From: an uncultured delta proteobacterium
Lineage (GTDB): Bacteria > Myxococcota_A > Polyangia > Fen-1088
Assembly: GCA_963796685.1 (NCBI GenBank)
Contig: CAWCMR010000009.1
Span: 128,001-192,000 of the forward strand
Length of the DNA stretch: 64,000 nt
Direction of reading: 5' to 3'
The position numbers were made by a program, and so were the translations under genes. Shown here one piece after another: positions 58,748-64,000 of the stretch. Numbering within the stretch: the first letter of the stretch is position 1; each line of letters opens with the position of its first letter. The notes beneath the pieces were generated by a model. That model had not been told where the DNA came from. It did no database searches and was given only the letters and a program-made list of their open reading frames with translations.

Positions 58748-60019
58748 TCAGGGTGCGCCGCTGCCCGATGCCAGTCGGAGCTGTCTGCGCGCATTGAGCA
58801 GGTCGCCGTCCGCCTGGATGCGTGCAACCTCGGCGGCGAGGGCATCCCGATCGGCTTGCAGCAGATCGAGCTGCGTGGTCTCCCCGGAACGATAGCGCGC
58901 CCGCGCGATGTCCGCCGCCCGTGCGCTGGCGATCGACTGCGCGCGGGCGGATTGGCTGCGAGCGATGTCGGCTTCGATGGTACGGAAGGCTTGCTCGATG
59001 GCATCGCTGACGGTCAGTCGTACCTCTTCTTCACGCGCTTTGGCTGCGAGCACCTCGGCGTTCCGTGCCCGGATCGCGGGGCCGGTACCGAAGTCGAGGC
59101 CCCAGGCAAGGGTCAAGCTCGCCGCGTAGGCTTCGTGGTTTCCATTGAGAAACCCGGTCGCGTTGGTGTAGCGCTCGACCAGGGCAGCCCCGAGGGTCGG
59201 CACCAGTGCGAGGCGTTGGGCCGAGGCGTTGCGTTGCGCCGCTTCGCGGCCTGTGGCTGCGGCCACCACCGAGGGGGTCGCCGACGTGCCGGCCAGGAAT
59301 TGGTCGAGTGGCGGCTCGGCATGCAAATCGTCGACCAGCTCGGGTGGCGTCGCAACCTCGGGGCGAATGCCGGTTCTCGAGGTGAGGGCCTGCGCCGTCA
59401 GGCTCACCGCCAGCTCGGCCCCGATGACCTGCTGGCTGCGCTGCTCGACTTCGGCGCGCGCGCGGGACACGTCCAGGGCGGCCGCGGTTCCAGCGCCCGC
59501 AGCTGCCTCGGTCAGCTTCAGATCCACCCGCGTCACCTCGAGCGCCTTGCGTGCAACCGCCACGAGCGCGAGATCCGCGGCCAGCTGATAGTAAAGCTGA
59601 ACCACCTCCGCCTCGACCGCACGGGCGGTGGCGTCCTGTTGGTGGTAGGCCGCCTCCGCGGCCTGATGGGCCGCCGAGATGCGCGCAAACTTCGCCAAAT
59701 CCACGAGCGGCACCGAAAGCGTGACCGCTGCGTCGAGCTCATTGCGGGGAAGGACAGCCAGCCCGGAGAAGCTCACGTCCCACTGGTTGCGGGTGTAGGT
59801 GGCCGCGGCCGTCAGTCCGGGCAGGGCACGCGCAAAGGCCTCCGCGGCCTGTGCGTCGGCGGCCGCGCGGCTCGCGCGAACCTCCTGATTGCGAGGATTG
59901 TGGACACGCGCGCTCGCCACGAAGTCGTCGAGTGGCTGCAAGGCCGAGGCCGAAGACGGCAAGCCGGTGGTTACAAGGATTGATGCCAGCAGTGTCTTGT
60001 TGATGGTTCTTTTGTTCAC
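58748..60019 (-). CDS. TolC-family outer membrane protein
   Basis: Signal peptide, LQPLDDF..SAR..N, LSVPLVD, RYRSG.TTQLDLLQA. Confidence 0.88.
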   Translation of the reverse strand: MNKRTINKTLLASILVTTGLPSSASALQPLDDFVASARVHNPRNQEVRASRAAADAQAAEAFARALPGLTAAATYTRNQWDVSFSGLAVLPRNELDAAVTLSVPLVDLAKFARISAAHQAAEAAYHQQDATARAVEAEVVQLYYQLAADLALVAVARKALEVTRVDLKLTEAAAGAGTAAALDVSRARAEVEQRSQQVIGAELAVSLTAQALTSRTGIRPEVATPPELVDDLHAEPPLDQFLAGTSATPSVVAAATGREAAQRNASAQRLALVPTLGAALVERYTNATGFLNGNHEAYAASLTLAWGLDFGTGPAIRARNAEVLAAKAREEEVRLTVSDAIEQAFRTIEADIARSQSARAQSIASARAADIARARYRSGETTQLDLLQADRDALAAEVARIQADGDLLNARRQLRLASGSGAP

Positions 60020-60030
60020 AGACGTTTGCG

Positions 60031-60123
60031 ATGCAACCCGGGGGCCGGACCGACGAGGCGAGAGATCGGTGCGCTTGCGCCCCAGGCCTGTCGAAAAACC
60101 GGCGGGTGTTGTCGTTCTTTACA
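60031..60123 (-). promoter_or_regulatory. Possible sigma54 promoter and activator sites for tolC
   Basis: Minus strand ccGGcccccgggttGCat (60031-60048); TGTC-containing half sites at 60089 and 60110. Confidence 0.4.
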
Positions 60124-60158
60124 CCTGCCGGACTCCCTGCCGAGCGGCCGCCCGCTTT

Positions 60159-61529
60159 TCAACCGATAAGACCGTACTTGTGCAGCTTCTCGATGAGCGC
60201 CGGGCGTGAGACCCCGAGACGCCGGGCAGTTTCACTTTGGTTGTTCTTGGTGGCGGTGAACTGCTCGGCGATGATGGAGCGCTCGAAGCTCTCCACGCGT
60301 GTACGAAGCGGGTGGTTGGCGCCAGGGTCGGGGCTCGACGAGGAGGCGTCGCCGTTCGGGCGAGGCTCGGACAGCGACCGCCACAGCTCCAGCGACACCC
60401 GCTCATCGGGCGCCAGGGCCAAGAGCCGCGCGATCGTGTTCTCCAGCTCGCGCACGTTGCCAGGCCAAGGGTGTGTCTTCATGGCCGCGACGAGCGCCGG
60501 CTCGACCTGGACCGGGTCCATTCCATAACGTTCCACGTACTGGCGAATGAACACGGCGATGAGCGGCTCGATGTCCTCCTGTCGCTCGCGCAGCGTGGGA
60601 ACTCTTATGGGAACCACGTTCAGACGATAGAAGAGATCCTCGCGAAAGCGACCCGCCGCCGCTTCGGCCGCCAGATCGCGGTTGGTCGCCGCCACCAGAC
60701 GGACGTCCACCGTCTCGGGGCGGCCACCCACCGGCTGCACCTCCCCGGACTGCAACGCGCGCAGGATCTTGGCTTGAATCGCCTGGGGCAAGTCGCCGAT
60801 CTCGTCGATGAACAGGGTGCCGCCCTGGGCCTGCTGGAAGTAGCCGAGCTTCGCCGACTGCGCCCCCGTGAACGCGCCCTTGGTGTGGCCGAACAGCTCC
60901 GCCTCGGCCAGCTCGGTCGGGATGGCAGCCGCGTTGAAGCGAACGAAGGGCTTGTCCGCGCGCCGCGAGTGAGCATGGAGGGCGGTGGCCACCACCTCTT
61001 TGCCGGCTCCGCTCGGTCCGGTCAAAAGCACGGTTACGTCTTTCGGGGCCACGCGCGCCACCACGTCGAGAACTCGATGCATGGCCGGGCTCTGCGCGAC
61101 GATGACCCGCCCCAGCGTGTTCTGGGTGCGCAAGAGCGCGTTCTGCACGCGCAAGGAGCGCGCCTCGATCGCCCGCTTGAGGGCGAGCGCGACTTCGTCG
61201 GGATCGAAGGGCTTGGGCAGATAGTCGTAGGCGCCCGCCTTCATCGCGGTGACCGCGACGCGCTCCGAGCCGTGCGCGGTGAGCATCAGGACCGGAACGC
61301 CGGGATCCTGCGCGCGCAGCCTCTCCAGCACGCGCAGCCCATCCATGTCGGGCATCGCCAGATCGGTCAAGACGGCGTCCGCGCCCCGGGCCTCGAAAGC
61401 GAGCAGGCCATCCGGACCGCTGGCGCAGGATTCGACGGTCAGTCCGGCGTCTCCCAACACGGCCTCGAGCGCGAAGCGCAGGGAAGCATCGTCGTCGATC
61501 ACCAAAACCCGCCCAGAGACTTGTTCCAT
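60159..61529 (-). CDS. sigma54-dependent (NtrC/AtoC-type) response regulator
   Basis: VIDDD, TDLAMP, PKPF; GPSGAGKE, EAELFGHTKGAFTGA, WPGNVRELEN; C-terminal HTH. Confidence 0.96.
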   Translation of the reverse strand: MEQVSGRVLVIDDDASLRFALEAVLGDAGLTVESCASGPDGLLAFEARGADAVLTDLAMPDMDGLRVLERLRAQDPGVPVLMLTAHGSERVAVTAMKAGAYDYLPKPFDPDEVALALKRAIEARSLRVQNALLRTQNTLGRVIVAQSPAMHRVLDVVARVAPKDVTVLLTGPSGAGKEVVATALHAHSRRADKPFVRFNAAAIPTELAEAELFGHTKGAFTGAQSAKLGYFQQAQGGTLFIDEIGDLPQAIQAKILRALQSGEVQPVGGRPETVDVRLVAATNRDLAAEAAAGRFREDLFYRLNVVPIRVPTLRERQEDIEPLIAVFIRQYVERYGMDPVQVEPALVAAMKTHPWPGNVRELENTIARLLALAPDERVSLELWRSLSEPRPNGDASSSSPDPGANHPLRTRVESFERSIIAEQFTATKNNQSETARRLGVSRPALIEKLHKYGLIG

Positions 61530-61539
61530 GGATTTCACT

Positions 61540-62910
61540 TCAACCTGGTGCAGCCACGTTCGTCGTCACGGAGGAGAAGACCTTCGGCGGCTCCACGCCG
61601 GCAGGAGGCCGAGGCGGAAGCTCGATGGTAACGGTGGTGCCTTGGCGCGGGACGCTCTCGTAACGGAGCCGCCCACCGTGCTGATGGATCAGGGCCCGGG
61701 CCACGGCGACCCCCAAGCCGCTGCCACCCTTGCGGGTGCTGAAAGGCGGTCTTTGCAGGCGTTCCAGGGTCGTATGGCACATGCCGAGCCCGTGGTCGAC
61801 GATGCGAATGACCAGAGAACCGGGCGCAGGCGTGGATGCCACGTCGATGGTGACGGCCTGTCCGGACGCCGAGGCCTGGACCGCGTTCATGGTCAAATAG
61901 AAGAGCGCGCGCTGCAGCTTGCGTGCGTCGGCCAACACCTCGAGCTCCGGTCGGCCGGTCACCTCGATGGTCACACCCGCCTCGGCCGCCCGCTCGTCGA
62001 GCAGCAGCTTCAGCTCGACGGCAAGGGCGTGCGGACACACCTGCCCGAGGTGCAGCTCGCCCAGGCCGCGCGACAGCGACAGGAAGCTGTCCACGATCGA
62101 CTCCAGACGATCGGCCTCCGTCGATACCACCTCCAGCCGCTGCACGGTGCGCGGGTCGAGGGTCGGGCAGCGCGCCATGTGAGCCGAGAGTGCCTTGATC
62201 GAGGCCAGCGGGTTCTTCATCTCGTGGGCGAGGTTTGCGGCCGCGCCCTCCAGCTCGCGCATGCGGTCCTCGCCCACCGAGCACAGCTCTTCCCTGCGGT
62301 GACCCAGCTCGACGGCAACCTTGGCATAGGCGGCCGTGACGAGCCCCCAGAACCCGGCGACGTTCACCACGGTGATCAGAAGCGAGCTGGCGACAATCAC
62401 GAGGTAGTCGATGGAAGGCCTTCCGTCGACCGGAGCGATGGGGGCCACCAGCCGCCCGATCGGCAAGGTCGACAGCGCGGCGACGCCCAAAAGCACAAGC
62501 GTAGCCCCCCCGGCGAAAAGCACCCGCAGCCGTCCGGTATCGAAGACCAGCAAGGCCGGAAGGACGATACCTAGCCCCAGCGGCAAGAGCGGGCTCTGCA
62601 GCCCTCCGGTGTTGACCGACCACGCCCCAAACGAAAGCAGAGAGCAGAACAGGAGGCGCATCTTGCTTCGCTCGGAGATCGGGAAACCCGGGCTCCGACA
62701 AGCGGCGAGGTAGAAGAGACAGATGGCGGCGTGTGCGGCCAACCTTTCGGCGGGGAAACCGCGAAGGCCGAGGAGGAGCATCGTGGCAATCTGCAGAACG
62801 ATGACCAACGAATGCCGGGTTCGGGCCAGGCCCTGCGCCATCTCGGTAGGGGGCGAGCGCAGCACGTGATGACGTGCACGCCGTCGAAGCTCCGAGGCGC
62901 TGGGCTGCAT
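61540..62910 (-). CDS. Multi-TM sensor histidine kinase
   Basis: About 5-6 TMs, AHEMKNPL, NAVQA, DHGLG, PFSTRKGGSGLG. Confidence 0.92.
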   Translation of the reverse strand: MQPSASELRRRARHHVLRSPPTEMAQGLARTRHSLVIVLQIATMLLLGLRGFPAERLAAHAAICLFYLAACRSPGFPISERSKMRLLFCSLLSFGAWSVNTGGLQSPLLPLGLGIVLPALLVFDTGRLRVLFAGGATLVLLGVAALSTLPIGRLVAPIAPVDGRPSIDYLVIVASSLLITVVNVAGFWGLVTAAYAKVAVELGHRREELCSVGEDRMRELEGAAANLAHEMKNPLASIKALSAHMARCPTLDPRTVQRLEVVSTEADRLESIVDSFLSLSRGLGELHLGQVCPHALAVELKLLLDERAAEAGVTIEVTGRPELEVLADARKLQRALFYLTMNAVQASASGQAVTIDVASTPAPGSLVIRIVDHGLGMCHTTLERLQRPPFSTRKGGSGLGVAVARALIHQHGGRLRYESVPRQGTTVTIELPPRPPAGVEPPKVFSSVTTNVAAPG

Positions 62911-63041
62911 GAGACTACAGTCAAGCAAACTTCGTGCGCGTTTGCCACGGCCAAAGATGTCCGCAACGTTTCCAAGACCTGTCGGAAAGGTGACAGGTCT
63001 TATCTGCTTTTGTACGCCGACACCGGAATGTCATTTGACCC

Positions 63042-63923
63042 ATGGCCGACGCGTGCCATCTTTCGCGTGAGCTTGGGGCGATGTTGCCGATGCACCAAAG
63101 AACCGCCGAGGATTCCGAGGAAGACGCCGTCCTCCCCGCCGTCGGCGTGCGTGATCGCGTGGCGCGACCACAGCCGGGTTTGCAGGAGCTGACCCACGCG
63201 CTCGCCTTGCGCGAAGAGGCCATGGGGATACTCGGCCACGAGCTGCGCAATCCTCTGAGCGCCATCGTCGCGCTGGCACGGGCCACCATGGGAAGCGAGG
63301 GGCTTCCGGCCGAGGCACGCCAACGGCTGGCCCACATGGATCGCGCCGCCCGGCGATCGCTGTCGATGATCGAAGTGCTGCTGGATTTCGGGGAAAGCCG
63401 CTGGCAAGGGCCGCTCGACCTCCGAGTGACGCCTTGCGATCTGGCCGCCATTGCGGCCGAGGTCGTAGAAGAGACCCGGGCCGCCAATCCCGGCCGGGTC
63501 ATCGAGCTCGAGGTGCGCAGTGCCGCCTCATTCGTCGTCGATCCGCTGCGCATCGCTCAGGTGCTCGTCAATTTGATAGGCAACGCGCTCGTCCACGGCT
63601 TCCCGCACACGCCAGTGCAGGTCACGGTGGAGGTCTGCAACGGGGAGGCTTTGCTCGCCGTTCGCAATCACGGGCCGGTCATCCCGCCCGACCAGGTGCC
63701 AACGCTGTTCGAACCGTTCACCCGGGCCGGTGGAGGGGCCGGCGAAAGCGACGTCACGGCGATCCGGACCACGCCTGGCCTCGGTCTTGGCCTCTACATC
63801 GTGCGCACCATCGTCCACGCTCACGGGGGAAGCATCGAGGTTGTGTCGGACGTCGAAAGCGGGACCAGCTTCCTCGTGCGCTTGCCCCAACCCGGTCCGA
63901 AACCGCTGCAAGATCCCGCCTAG
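63042..63923 (+). CDS. Cytoplasmic histidine kinase core (HisKA + HATPase, no evident sensor domain)
   Basis: GHELRNPL, NLIGNA, NHGP.IP, LFEPF, GLGLGLYI, HGG. The start is uncertain. Confidence 0.88.
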   Translation: MADACHLSRELGAMLPMHQRTAEDSEEDAVLPAVGVRDRVARPQPGLQELTHALALREEAMGILGHELRNPLSAIVALARATMGSEGLPAEARQRLAHMDRAARRSLSMIEVLLDFGESRWQGPLDLRVTPCDLAAIAAEVVEETRAANPGRVIELEVRSAASFVVDPLRIAQVLVNLIGNALVHGFPHTPVQVTVEVCNGEALLAVRNHGPVIPPDQVPTLFEPFTRAGGGAGESDVTAIRTTPGLGLGLYIVRTIVHAHGGSIEVVSDVESGTSFLVRLPQPGPKPLQDPA

Positions 63924-64000
63924 CGCGGGCCATTCCTGGCAGCGCCGGGCTGCCTTCTTTCCGACAGGTGTTGTCCGTTTGCCGACGGACCGGGCGACTG

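Overview
High-GC window whose gene content points to Myxococcota, probably Polyangia/Haliangium-like (inference): Gly/Ser-linker lipoproteins, Cys-rich repeats, fibro-slime proteins, Ser/Thr kinases with PEGA partners, and sigma54 two-component systems. The first ~33 kb is accessory and heavily rearranged. It contains short gene scraps (DUF5681, DUF3368, sufU twice, malic enzyme, eutB, cheA, FG-GAP), an ISCR/IS91-type element, a tmRNA/tRNA-Ala-like 3' fragment that looks like an att site, an intact IS4 with a 10-bp target duplication, and nested MITE/IS remnants. A ~12.6-kb block bounded by ~38-bp direct repeats (11.9-24.5 kb) carries an endostatin-like lipoprotein, two decayed Cys-repeat secreted proteins, a pseudo-receiver OmpR regulator, an EF-hand protein, a fused FN3/MYXO-CTERM/beta-barrel ORF and a MacAB-TolC-type exporter. 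The right half is mostly intact: an NTAQ1 (WDYHV)-like N-terminal Gln amidase, carbohydrate-active lipoproteins, tandem fibro-slime genes, a CzcBA-type pump with a sigma54 promoter, an HTTM/partner pair, a kinase-TPR/PEGA-Cys-rich lipoprotein triad and two sigma54 two-component systems. No CRISPR array, rRNA or complete tRNA was seen. All family calls come from motif recognition by eye, not database searches.
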